A DNA stretch of 63,633 nt, the filler included, from Intoshia linei (taxonomy: Eukaryota > Animalia > Orthonectida): assembly GCA_001642005.1 (NCBI GenBank). It is 5 parts of 5 records of this genome, joined end to end, with 100 filler letters (N's around TTAATTAATTAA, not from the genome) between each part and the next. Parts side by side here need not be neighbours in the genome. Positions count along the whole stretch, not along the records: positions 37,024 to 49,308 come from LWCA01001096.1; positions 49,409 to 58,239 come from LWCA01001415.1; 3 more parts are not named here. One strand, written 5' to 3'. How positions within the stretch are numbered: the stretch's first letter is position 1; each line of letters starts with the position of its first letter. Shown here one piece after another: positions 42,161 to 54,000 of this stretch. Under the pieces are notes generated by a model. It saw only the letters and a program-made list of their open reading frames with translations, was not told where the DNA came from and did no database searches. The position numbers were made by a program, and so were the translations under genes.

Positions 42161-43168
42161 TTACACATTGATAAAGAGTTTAAAAATTAAAGCAGAATCT
42201 AAATCAAGATTAATTTCATTAATTTTCCGTAGTATAGCATCAGGCTTATAACTGCATCCATTAAAAAAAGGGAAACTATCACAAAAAACTTTCCCATCTT
42301 TAATTTTAACAATTGGTTCTTTAACATTAACTCGGGTCTTTAAAAATTCCAAAAACTGAGGATTAACATTGTCAAAATTTGATCTTTTAAAAGTCAACGT
42401 GGAAGATTTTGCAAATACATGATTCCAACTCGCAAATTCATCATAATGAATTTTCCAAATATTGGGAAAATACTCTTCAATTGAACAATACTCAACATTA
42501 TCCACTCGAAAAGTTTTTGCAATATTTTGAATAACATTATAAAAAAGCACTTCAGTTTGACGGCGATTTAAATTTGTTGAAAAATTTGCAATTTTTGAAA
42601 TAATACTGGGACTAGCATTAGTGTTTGCATAAAAATTTGGATTCTTGAGGTCAGACTTGAGACACTGAGATATCTCATTTAAATTTGAGTTTAACAGTAA
42701 AGTGAAATGATGGTAAGCTTTATTGAAAGCAATTCGTGCAGCACTACCAGATATTTTTGCACCATCAGTTTTCAAAACAATTGTATCTCTAGGTCCAATA
42801 ACAACTTGGTTGACTTGAGGAAATTTTAATTTCAACAAATTTAAAGAATCACAGGTTAAATTGAGGTTAATTTTTCTATCATAGTCATCCTTAGCTGTAA
42901 TGAATGATACATTTAAATTACCTATATCATGATAAACTGTGCCTCCACCGCTTTCTCGTCTAGCAATTTTGACTTGACTTTCTCGACATTTTTTCATATT
43001 GACCTCTAACCAAGTGTTTTGATATCTTCCAATAACAACGGATGGCGTATTTCGATAAAAAAACAAAATGTTGCATTTATCTGGTAAATTTAAAAACAAA
43101 AGCTTTTCAAAAACGAGATTTTTGTAGATACAATTGCTAGTCGATACAATAACCTTTCTCAATTTCAT
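42161..43168 (-). CDS. LIPT1: Lipoyltransferase 1 (LplA family), intronless, 335 aa
   Basis: FYRNTPSVVIGRYQNTWLE, ARRESGGGTVYHDIGNLNVSF, KISGSAARI..AYHHFTLL. Confidence 0.95.
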   Translation of the reverse strand: MKLRKVIVSTSNCIYKNLVFEKLLFLNLPDKCNILFFYRNTPSVVIGRYQNTWLEVNMKKCRESQVKIARRESGGGTVYHDIGNLNVSFITAKDDYDRKINLNLTCDSLNLLKLKFPQVNQVVIGPRDTIVLKTDGAKISGSAARIAFNKAYHHFTLLLNSNLNEISQCLKSDLKNPNFYANTNASPSIISKIANFSTNLNRRQTEVLFYNVIQNIAKTFRVDNVEYCSIEEYFPNIWKIHYDEFASWNHVFAKSSTLTFKRSNFDNVNPQFLEFLKTRVNVKEPIVKIKDGKVFCDSFPFFNGCSYKPDAILRKINEINLDLDSALIFKLFINV

Positions 43169-43182
43169 TTAAAATAAAGTTG

Positions 43183-43484
43183 ATGAGTGCAAAACACGCA
43201 AAATTTATCGCACGTACAGTTTTAGTTCAGAACAAGAATGTTGATCAGGCTTATATACAACTGGATCAGTTTTGATAAAATTTTGAAATATTTATTCATT
43301 AATTAGAATCATGAAGAATGAAAGAGTTTTCGATCGAGCCAGAGAATTAATTTATTTTGAAAAACCCACATTACGAAAAAGACGGTGGCATTATGAACGA
43401 TGTCATCGAATATATGACCAAGAAATGAAAAAAAGAATTAAATTTCTCATGAATGTTAATCGATCTGATCCTTATCCTTGGTAA
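43183..43484 (+). CDS. MRPS21: Mitochondrial ribosomal protein S21 (exons 43183-43268, 43307-43484); absent from the ORF track
   Basis: MSAKHAKFIARTVLVQNKNVDQAYIQLDQ|IMKNERVFDRARELIYFEKPTLRKRRWHYERCHRIYDQEMKKRIKFLMNVNRSDPYPW*; 38-nt intron. Confidence 0.95.
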
Positions 43485-43528
43485 ATGTATCAATAAACTA
43501 TTTTATTTTTAAATTTTTTTCTATAACG

Positions 43529-46500
43529 ATGAGTAACGTCAGCAAGATTTCATGTAATGTTTGGTAAATTTTTTTTCAAATTTTTAGGTATTTTTGTCTT
43601 AATTTTCATTGTGTCCATTCAATGTGCCCATATTCACAACTCTATAACGGAACAGGATTCAAATAATTTGATTTCATTATCTTTGGATGCTTTATCAAGA
43701 AAATTTGATAAATTTTGGGTTGATGATGTATATCATGCTTTACAAATTTTGAAATTTTTAAAGCATGATACTGGAAATGTGAAATTAAATGTAATTTCAC
43801 TTTGTTCATTTTTTAATAAAATAATCTATATTAATATTATAATTATAAAGATATGTGAAAATCTCAAAAATAGTTTACCGTTTATGGAAAATGATTTGTT
43901 TTATGCTACAAGTCTTGATTCGCACTTTAAATGCCAGGTAATTTTTTTCATTTTCAATCTTTTCTCTAATTGCTTAAATGTAAATTTAGTTGAAAGATAA
44001 ACTCTTGGCATTGGTTGAAAAAATGGATTACACTACTAATGAAAAATTGTATTATTACATCGAATCTTTAAAAATTTTGAATTCCATAAAAGGTAATCAG
44101 TTTACTAAAATTACCAGTTGTAATTATTTATTTTTTTTCTAGCTGATAAAAGCTCACTTTTAATTCTCAATGCTCAATATTTACTAAATTCTAAAGATAC
44201 ATTTGGATTAAAGTAATTTTTTATATTTAATTTTAAATTTCAATTTATTTTTAGTTTCGCGTTTGCTAGTTTGATTGAATCTGGGTTCCAAAGTAAAGGG
44301 AATTATATTACAGAGAAAATACCTCATATTATTTCACTTTTTAAAAATTCTGGGAAATTTAAAAGAAGTGTAAGTTGAATAGATTTCTGTTATATTTTAT
44401 TTTTTTATTTAGATTAACAAAAATATTCTTTTGACGAGTACAGTATTCAATTCCCTTGTGCAATATTCAAAAAATGAACCCTCTATTTTAAGTGAAATCA
44501 AAGGAGTATGAAATTTTTTTCATAGTATAGTTATATTTAGTTGGTTGAATCGACTTGCAATTATGTTATGACCAGAAAATCAATACATCATGTGAAGACA
44601 GGGTGGTATACTTTGTTATTTGTCAAGGCGATTATGGATGCTAAAGTAATGAATTTATTGGTAAATTTTTTATTTCATTTTTAGTTCAAGCATATTCGTG
44701 TTTTCAGAATTTTGTCTGATAGTAATGAATTTGATATTGATATTGAACGAATTGATGTATATTTTTTATTATTACAGCGTAATTTCTAGTTAACCAAATA
44801 ATTGGTCCTGAAAAAAATTTCATTCCATTAACGAGGAATTTTTTATAAATAATGTAGATGTTACCGTCCGTTTGGAGTTACAGTCATGAAGAATTTTCTT
44901 TAATTTTAAATTTTTTCAATATCCATCATTCAAAAATCCACTTTTACCAACCCTTAAGGAAAAAATTCAATTTTAACAACCCTTAAGGAAAATATCCCAT
45001 TTTACCAAACCTTAAGAAAAAATCCTATTATACCAAATTTTACGGAAAATCCAATTTAACCAACCCTTAAGGAAAAAATCCCCTTTTACCAAACCTTAAG
45101 GAAAAATTCAATTTTACTAACCCTTATGGGAAAAAATAATTTCTGAAATACATTCATAATTATGGGTAATTACGTTTATTAAAATGAAATATAATGTCCA
45201 ATATTAACGTTTCCACTTCTCTAGATATCTGGAGATTATAGATACATAATGTTTATTCATGGTTTTTTGTTAAAAATTTTTTTAAAAATATCAATTTTAT
45301 CCCACTATTAGCTTGACATTTATGTACTTTGTACAAACAGTATCCTAGCTCTGCTGAGGGCCGACATTTTTATTATACTTATTATTATTTATTTTATCAA
45401 TGTTTTATATTTCATGTTTCCCTTGGGCTCCAAAAAATAAATATTTTCAAATATGGGTCCGTAGTACAGATTCCGTATACTATATGAATCCGGAACCACT
45501 GAATTAAAAAAATGGAAATATTTTGATTTTGATCCCACTAACCTATATTTGCAGGTCATTTTACGTAGACATAAAATATTTTACGTATCTAAAGCTTTTA
45601 ATTTGAATTAAAAAAGCTTTAGTGTAATTATGATGCTAGTCATTTTAATTTAAAATTTAACGGAATTTTTGTATCTTAAAAATATTCACAGTCCATTAAT
45701 CAGTAATTAATGTAATAATTTTTCCGCTAACGAGGAACTCCGTTAAATACGAATTAGCCCAGCCATTCCAAACGTGGGGCCTTACTGATTTCAGGGTGCC
45801 TGAGACAAATTTGAATAAATAATTATACTGATACATTTTTGTTGTATGAATTTTGAAATTTTAAGTAAAATGATATATTGCATTATGATAATATGAATTC
45901 CCACGGCTACAGGTTGTGCACCCCTGGTCTAAGGCTTAGATTGCTGTCCAAATAAAACAATTTAATTATTTTTTTGATTTGGTCGAATATTTAATTATTT
46001 TAACGAAAGGCACCAATTATACAAACATTTTGCCACACTCTCTTCCGCAAAGAGGCTCGGTACGTGTTATTCGCCAATGTTCAAAGTGTTTGGTAAAATT
46101 AGATTTTTCTAAAAAATATAGATAGAAGTGAATAGCTCACTTAGGGTTTGGTAAAATCGGGTTTTTCAAAAAATGTTGGAAAAGGAGGAGTTCCCTCAAG
46201 TGTTGGTAAAATGGGATTATAATCGCATGATTAATAATTTGACGGTAGCATTAATAATATTTAATAAAAAATACTATTTCAAACTTTGAATTTCAAAGTC
46301 TTATCGAAAAATCTACTTTTTTATCCGATTTTACCAAACCTAATGAGAAAAATGATGTTAATACAACCACAAAATAAAAAATCAAATTTATCAACCTTTA
46401 AGTGAAAAATTTCCTTTTTTCAACATTTTTTGAATAACCTCACTTAAGGGAAAACTCCGCTTTTTCCAATATTTTTAGAAAAACCCAATTTTACCAACCC

Positions 46501-48524
46501 TTAAGGAAAAATTCCCTTTGTTCAATATGTTTTTGAAAACGTTATATGCAAGTAGAAATTTTATCAGATTTGAATCTATTAATACTGTGACTAATATAAC
46601 TTTGTAGCATTTTTCAGAGGGCGCGAGGTCAATAAGGTTGGGAATGTCTGAATTTAGTATGTGATTGGGTTTAAATCAGGAATTCTTCAACTTTTTTGAA
46701 CCATTGCCACAAGATAGAAAAAACTTAATTTTTGCAAGATTATCACCCCTAAAAAAATTTATTACTGAATCTTTAATAATTATAATAATAATTTATCTTT
46801 AATAATAATATGAACATTTTTAATCTTATTTTCGGCATTACATTAGTTTATGATATAATAACGGTCTAATTTAAAATAATTTTTGAAAATTAGCCAATTT
46901 TTTGCTTGTTAAGGTTGACTTTTACTTTTTCTAATAATAACATTTTTTATTTGACTTTGCAGAAGTAACTTTGCGCACCGATCTCTTTTCATAAAAAAAT
47001 AATATTTGTTTCCTTATTTCTAAAATAGGCATTTAGTCGTTTCGTCTTGATAATTATAATTTAATACAAATTGATGGTTTATTTCATGAATGTAGTACGT
47101 ATTTAATATATAAGGAAATTATAAAATGAGTTTATTCTGAAAATAAATCGCTCGGGTTGAGAAGCCCTGGTCTAAATAGTACATTTTTTTTGCTTTGCTT
47201 ATATGTGAGTTATATTATTTTAGTTTAAAATTACTGATTTATTGAACAATGTTAATGATTTAATCAATGTTAAGGATATTAAATTCAATATGCATTATGA
47301 TAACGAGAACGTTGGAAGCGGAATTTTAGACTACGATAGTTTACTGTAATTTTGAATGAATATGTTTGCAATTTTTTTATTTTAGGAAACAGTATTTTGT
47401 AAAGCCTAAATTTGAAAAAAATGGCACTTATAAATTATCTATTGTGAATTTTGCAGATCAAAATCATTTTAAAGGAATTTGTGATGTTTCGGTTTCATTT
47501 TTTCATGAAATCAATTATTTTAGTTTAGTTTGATATCTTTGTAAGACAAAGTATTATATTAAAGGATGGTAGTGTGAGATTTTTGAAATCTGGTAATGAA
47601 ATAGATACTCCCATTAATTTTAAGTAAGATTTTTACTAAAATGCTGTTTTTTATAAATTTTTCTAGGCACACCACAAATACACCAATTTTGAGCTATGAA
47701 TACGTTAGAGGAAAGTATTCTGTTGAAATTTCCTTTACATTGGAGCAATCAGTGGAACAAGTATTTTTGAGGTTGTTTCATAAGAAATCAGACCAACAAT
47801 TATATTTCATTCTTGAAAAATCCAATAAAAAGCCAAATTATTATTCGTTCAATATTGTAATTTCACATTTAATTTATTTTTAATATGATTACATAGACTC
47901 CAAGTAAATTTTCACAAATGAGTAAGAAATACAATGGGGTTTATTCTGTCGAATTGATTATTGGAGATAGATTCATTTCTAATCCAATAAATTATAATTT
48001 GGGTTTTATCAAAACTTCTCTCATTAATGGACACACTAAAGTAGTGAATTCTGAAAGTTTACCAATTATTAAGGTTTATTTTTTATGTTTTATTGTCAAT
48101 TATAAACGTCTAGCATCAATTTAAAGAGAAACCAGAACACCCTCACAATATTATACCGTTTTTTTTTACTGGTCTTATATTATTATGCTTACTTGCGATG
48201 TTATCGATGGTATATTTATAATTTAAGAATAATTTTTTATTTTTATAATTGAATAGTTTTCAAAGCACATTAAAATTGCTTCAATTTGTTCGACTTTGTC
48301 GTTTAATTCCATAATATTTTACATGCTTTATGGAGGTAAAATTTTTTATGTCTTAATTGGTTATGTGTTTATTTTTAGCAATATTTTTGTTGTATTTTCT
48401 ATATTGGACCACCTTCAATATGATTGAAACTTTACAAATACTTATGGTTCTTGCTTTACCAACTGTTTATTTCGGATTCAAAGTTTTATCTAAGGATTAT
48501 AAGGACAGTGTTATGAATAAATAA
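43529..48524 (+). CDS. RPN2: Ribophorin II (oligosaccharyltransferase subunit), many short exons
   Basis: Signal peptide MSNVSKISC-IFVLIFIVSIQCA across a 34-nt intron (alternative start at 43557); VEQVFLRLFHKKSDQQ; NGVYSVELIIGDRFISNP; LPIIK|HQFKEKPEHPHNII..; YWTTFNMIETLQIL and three C-terminal TM segments. Confidence 0.9.
44864..46520. repeat. Minisatellite arrays (unit about 30 bp) in direct and inverted orientation, partly bounded by TACCGTC/GACGGTA termini (foldback-like element)
   Basis: TTTTACCAACCCTTAAGGAAAAA units at 44940-45135 (+), about 46060-46215 (-) and about 46325-46520 (+). Confidence 0.7.
46677..47169. mobile_element. hAT MITE with 8-bp TSD in an RPN2 intron
   Basis: CAGGAATTCTTCAAC...GTTGAGAAGCCCTG; flanks GTTTAAAT and GTCTAAAT. 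Confidence 0.75.
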
Positions 48525-51054
48525 TTTTTTTATTTTAACTCTTGGTATATATTGTTATTTTGTATTGCTTGGTTTATAATTCGTGGGAATCTTTCAGTTG
48601 ATTTAGTGTTGTTTCATCAATATTTCTAATTTAGTTTTTATTCAGTAGAAATTGCTATAAAAAATGGTCACTTTAAAAAAATTCAGAAATACCGTTGTGT
48701 TAAAAAAAGTGAATATTTGAAATAACGTATAAGGAATCTTTTAATTGATATAATAAAAAAAATTCATGAAACTTGTCAGAATTTTAAGTATATTCCATAA
48801 TAATTTTTAACATATAGTCAATACTATTCTATGTAATTGGACAAAACCATATGACCCTAGCAAAAAAAGTTAACGTACCTTTATCGGCCATAAAATTTGA
48901 AAATACTCTAAAATAAACCTGGAAAGAGTCTTTGGAATGGAAAATTTTGGAAATATCTAAATTATTCTCTTGGAAATGTGATTAAAGTAGTACAAAAATG
49001 TGAGAAATTCCGTAAGCTGACGCATAAATATGATTCCAGTAGACCTTCACAATTGTTTTCCAAAATACGTAATACATAAATTGGTAATAATGTAACTAAT
49101 GAGAAATGAAAAAATCTATTTTAGATCAATTTGCCGTGAATCAAATTTTAGGCCCCAATTAAGTATTTAATATTTTTGTTTCTTATCTATTGTTTAATCA
49201 AGTATTTACCAAACTTTTTTTCGCCCACTGCTATAAAAAATGTTGCCCACGATATGAAAATTAATTCCAATATTACCCATTAGTTTAAAATAATAGGTCC
49301 CGTTATGANNNNNNNNNNNNNNNNNNNNNNNNNNNNNNNNNNNNNNNNNNNNTTAATTAATTAANNNNNNNNNNNNNNNNNNNNNNNNNNNNNNNNNNNN
49401 NNNNNNNNTGAACAATGCCTTGATCTTTGGGTCAATCGTTTGTATCTTTATTATATTCAGACTAGTCTTTTTGTTAATTTTGAATACTTCTATTAAAGTT
49501 GTTCGAAATGGGAAATAGATTTTTCGTCTTTCAATGAAAGTACCCTTTTAATAATTTGACGATTTGTAGGTAGCTTATTAGGTTAAGGGTTAAACCGTAA
49601 AAATGACCGACGATATTATTTCCGTTTTTATTTGACATGATTTTAACAAAAAGAGGACTAAAACCATGTAAAATAGTTTGAACTGATGTTTATTTGTTCC
49701 AAATTTTGTTCATAATTTTGTAAAACTTTGATTAAAGCCTGCGGATCAAGCAGGTCATTTTAGTTAATTTTAAAAACGACATAAAGAATATATTGTTCGG
49801 AATGAATTCGGATGTGTGTGGCACCCTAATGAACACGTTTAAATCTCTGTCGAATATATGCATGATTAACGATTAGTGGATGGTCCAGATATATATCCAA
49901 TCCCCATTTTATGAATTTCTAAGAAATTTAAATTTTAGATTTAATTTGATTTGATTTTGTACAGTCATATATTTGGTAGTTTTTTTTACAAAATTGGTAC
50001 GTTTATTCGATTCTCTTCTGGCAGCAATTCTATAATCATTGAAAAAAAAATTTAATTTATGTTTAATTCTCATTTTTCCAATAATATCAAGTTCATGTGA
50101 AAAAATGTGCATTTTTTTCTGTTTCAAACATAATATTTGTTGTTAGACATATTTTCTTGATGGAATTTTATTTTTATTAAAAATATATTCAAAGTAATAA
50201 CCTTCAGATAAATCGATTCGACATAAAGGCATAATTTTATTTTTAATTCCATGTGTTTTAATTTAACTCACAACCCAAATATAAATTATTATCTGAAATT
50301 CAGATAATTCCGATTCTGATTAGATTCTTAGTAAGAATTTCTTACAGTCGCTAATATTTTGTTGGTATTTTAGATAAGTAATTAACTGATTATTTTTGTT
50401 GATTATAATCAACAACCATAAAGATCTACTAACTGTTAGTAAAATTTAAATTTAATAAAATTTAATTTAATGAATTAATTTAATTTATGTGGAATTTAAT
50501 CCATAAGCTTAATATCATGATATTACCAAGATTATCATTTAGAAGGATAACTAGCAGCGAAAAATACAAAATTAATATTATTATTATTTAAGACTTAAAT
50601 TTAATTTAATTTAAACTTTAAATGAAAAAATATATATAAATTATAAAAAAATAAACTATAACATACGTGTTCAAATTAATACTAGGTTAAAAACTTTAAA
50701 CGTCGTGCGCAACTCCACCCAAAAATTTCAATGCGGACATGATGTTTTTAATTATACTAGACACATTTTTACTAAGGCTAAGAGAGATTCTGTTATATGT
50801 ATGTTATACATCTTATGTTATATGTATTTGTCTGACCACTTGAAACTAATCGAAATCCCGCGATTCCAGGGTGCGTGCAAACAAATAGTGATGGTAACTT
50901 ATTAATATTATCTGAAATTAAAAAAATTTTCTACTATTTTGTTCAACATAGCAAAAAATTCAGATACTAAAATATACTTTTTTTAAATTGAGAAAACTTG
51001 TAAAAGTTAACACCCTAATGTACATTACATCGTTACATTTGTATAGCATACACT

Positions 51055-54000
51055 ATGTTTAAAGTCTGTTACGTACCATTTATATTCGAAAAACTAATAT
51101 TAAATATAGAAACAGTCGAAGAAGTATTGGATTCGCAAATATATATAGGTATTTATCTAATATCTATATATCTATCAATCGGTATAAGTTTTATGTGAGT
51201 AATAAGAATTTTTTTAAATTTATGATTACATTTGATGAACTTTTTATTTAGATTGCTATGACGACCCTGGTATTATCTGTGACGCAAGATTATGTAATGT
51301 TAAAGAAAGATACACAGAAATGATAATGAAATGTGCCAATACGTGTGGTCATTGCAGTATGATCTTTAATTATTTCTACTTTGATAAAGTGAATTAATAG
51401 TTTGTTTTAAAACTATAGTAAAAATAATATTTCACTAAAATAAAAATATGTTATTATATTATTATATGTATCCATAATATATAAATAATAGTATTAAAAT
51501 ATCTTTACTTATATAATATGCTTTTTTTGTCGGTGTGTGTTATCGTTTATTTCAATAACTACCAGTCTTAAACTTATATAAAATTCACATTTCTATTACA
51601 TTGTTTTCCAGAGTATTAGTAAGATAAATTTCAATCTACCAAACTCACATCTTACGGGTCAAAAAACCCAATTGTTTTTTTTTTGGAATATATATTATCA
51701 CATTTAAAATGACAAAATAGGTTGTTATAATTTTTTTTTTTGAATTTATGGTATTTATGACAATTTTTAAAATTGGGCTGTAAAAAGTTACACTTTAAAG
51801 TAAAAAATTAATGTGATATGACGGTTACACCTGAAAAAAGTTTGGAACCACTCCTTAAAATGATTGATAACAGTAAATAATATTATTTTTAAATTAGATT
51901 TTCAACGTGAATTTATTATTCAAGTATAATAAAAATGTGTTCTCGGCAGAGCTACGTCCTGTTTAAACGATTTAAACGAATTCAAACATCTATTCGTGTA
52001 TATAACGTTTTTGAACTGCAAACCTTAGGGTTCTAGCCTTGAAGATATATTTTTTATAATTTAAATCTATGATGTTTATGATAATAAAATCCGTATCAGA
52101 GTATAACTATTTTTAAATTCTCGAACTTGTCTAATTTTCAAAAAAATAAACAATTGGGCTATTTGATAAGTAAGATGTGAGTTCGTGAGATTGAAATTTA
52201 TTTTGCTAACACCGGGGACAAATTATAATAGACATGTGGACTTTATAAAATTTTAAGATTCGTAGTGATTGAAACAAACGATAACAAAAACATACAGACA
52301 AACAGAGCGTATTATATAAGTTTAAGATTTTAGTTTAGTATAAGATTTGAAGTTGTTAAATTTTAAGAATTGTAAATTTGAATGTATTCATGCAAATAAC
52401 GCAAAAGGGTTAAATTAATAAATGCTTTAATTAATAGTAAATTAATAAATTAAAATATTTTATGATAACTGTCAATTGTAGAATGTCAAGATGAAGTTCT
52501 AAATTGTAATGTTAAGGATTGTTCAAACCCTAAAACTAAGACTCTTAGCTATACTAATTGTCGAAAAACGTGCGGTTTTTGCGGTAATATATTATTTTTT
52601 TTGTGTGCAGAATCTGCATTGCAGATCTTTTTTACTTTAATCTGGATTTTTTTTTAGAAAAATTTTAGCACATTAGTGTATACATTGAAATGAATAAACC
52701 TGTATATACCATAAATGTAAAAAATTAAATCGTTGATAAATTTTAACTGATTTATTAAAAAAAATTAAATTTTTTTTGATACGTTTTTCAATATTTATTT
52801 TAAATGATAAACGATAATCGGAGAAACATCGGTACTTGATTTGAATGGTCTTATAGTATTGTTTTTAAAAATAAACACGTTAGTACTAATCGTTTATCAA
52901 ATTTTAAAATTTTACAAAAAATATTTGTTTTTGTTCTTTGATTCTTTGTTTAATTATAGTAATAATTAAGATTAATAATTAATAATAATTATTATTAATT
53001 AATAATTTAGGCTGCTTTGATCTCAAAAAATGTAACGTTACAAATTGTTTTGAACCAAATTCAATAGAGGAAATGAAACTGACATGCAAAAGAACTTGCG
53101 GCTACTGTAATTTGAAATTAAATTAAAATAGGCTGTCCATGAAAAACAGACAAAAAATTCTATATGTCAAAACTATTTTTAGTGTATATTTTTTATTACA
53201 ATAAATGAATTATGTTAATTTATAAAAAATAATTTATAATTATATTTATTAGGCTTAAATACTTTATTAAGATTAATTAATTAATTTTTTAAGTATTATT
53301 TATATAAATTTAATTTTATAATAATAATTAACACCTACAATTTACGTGTGACTGGAAGTGAATTTTTGCAATATGCCAGGTAATTTGTACTTTCTTACTT
53401 TACATTAGACGCAAAATAGTTATAGTTGTCAGTCTGTATATTTAGTCTGTGTATTTTGGAAATATTTAGTCAAAAGTAAATTTAAATGTTGATCATTCAT
53501 AGTTTCATTCTTTTTCAGTCAAAATGTCGACAATCTGGACAGTCTAGTATTAATATTTATCAATAGTAACATTAGGGCGTTTCACCAAAATTAAATTTTA
53601 GACCAGTAATATACCTTTTTTATTCTAGCTTACAACAAATTATTGCAGGCTCGATGAAATTTCTAATGTCTCACTAGTGATCCTAACTCCGGAGTTGGGA
53701 AACACTGCTTTAGACCCAATTATTATTTTTTATGATTCATAATAATATAATTCTAGGTTGACTGTTATGTAGGACGTACAAACAGAACCTAGCTCTACCG
53801 AGGGCAGATTTTTATTCTATAAAAAAAATAAAGTAACGTTGAAAATCTAACTTAAAAATCCTACTATTCACTATTATCAATCTTTGAAAGGAGTCGTTCC
53901 CAAACTTGTTTTAAGTAAAACCGTCATATCAAATTACTTTAAATTTTAAAGTGAATTATTTCATCTTAATTTTGTTTGGTAAATAATATTGTTAACAAAA

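Noticed and set aside
42161-43168. Bacterial HGT of lplA because the gene is intronless
   Set aside because: Animal LIPT1 coding regions can be single-exon, and motifs and base composition fit the host.
44940-45135. Repeats of about 30 bp as a CRISPR array
   Set aside because: Units are adjacent without unique spacers, lie in a eukaryotic intron, and no cas genes are present.
48575-49110. Possible small minus-strand spliced gene convergent with RPN2
   Set aside because: Splice-like signals exist but I could not assemble a stop-free reading frame.
36808-49830. Inverted ends of one TE family bracketing Numb-LIPT1-MRPS21-RPN2 like a 13-kb composite transposon
   Set aside because: Each end abuts an assembly gap, the family is common and no shared TSD is evident. 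Two independent copies are more parsimonious.
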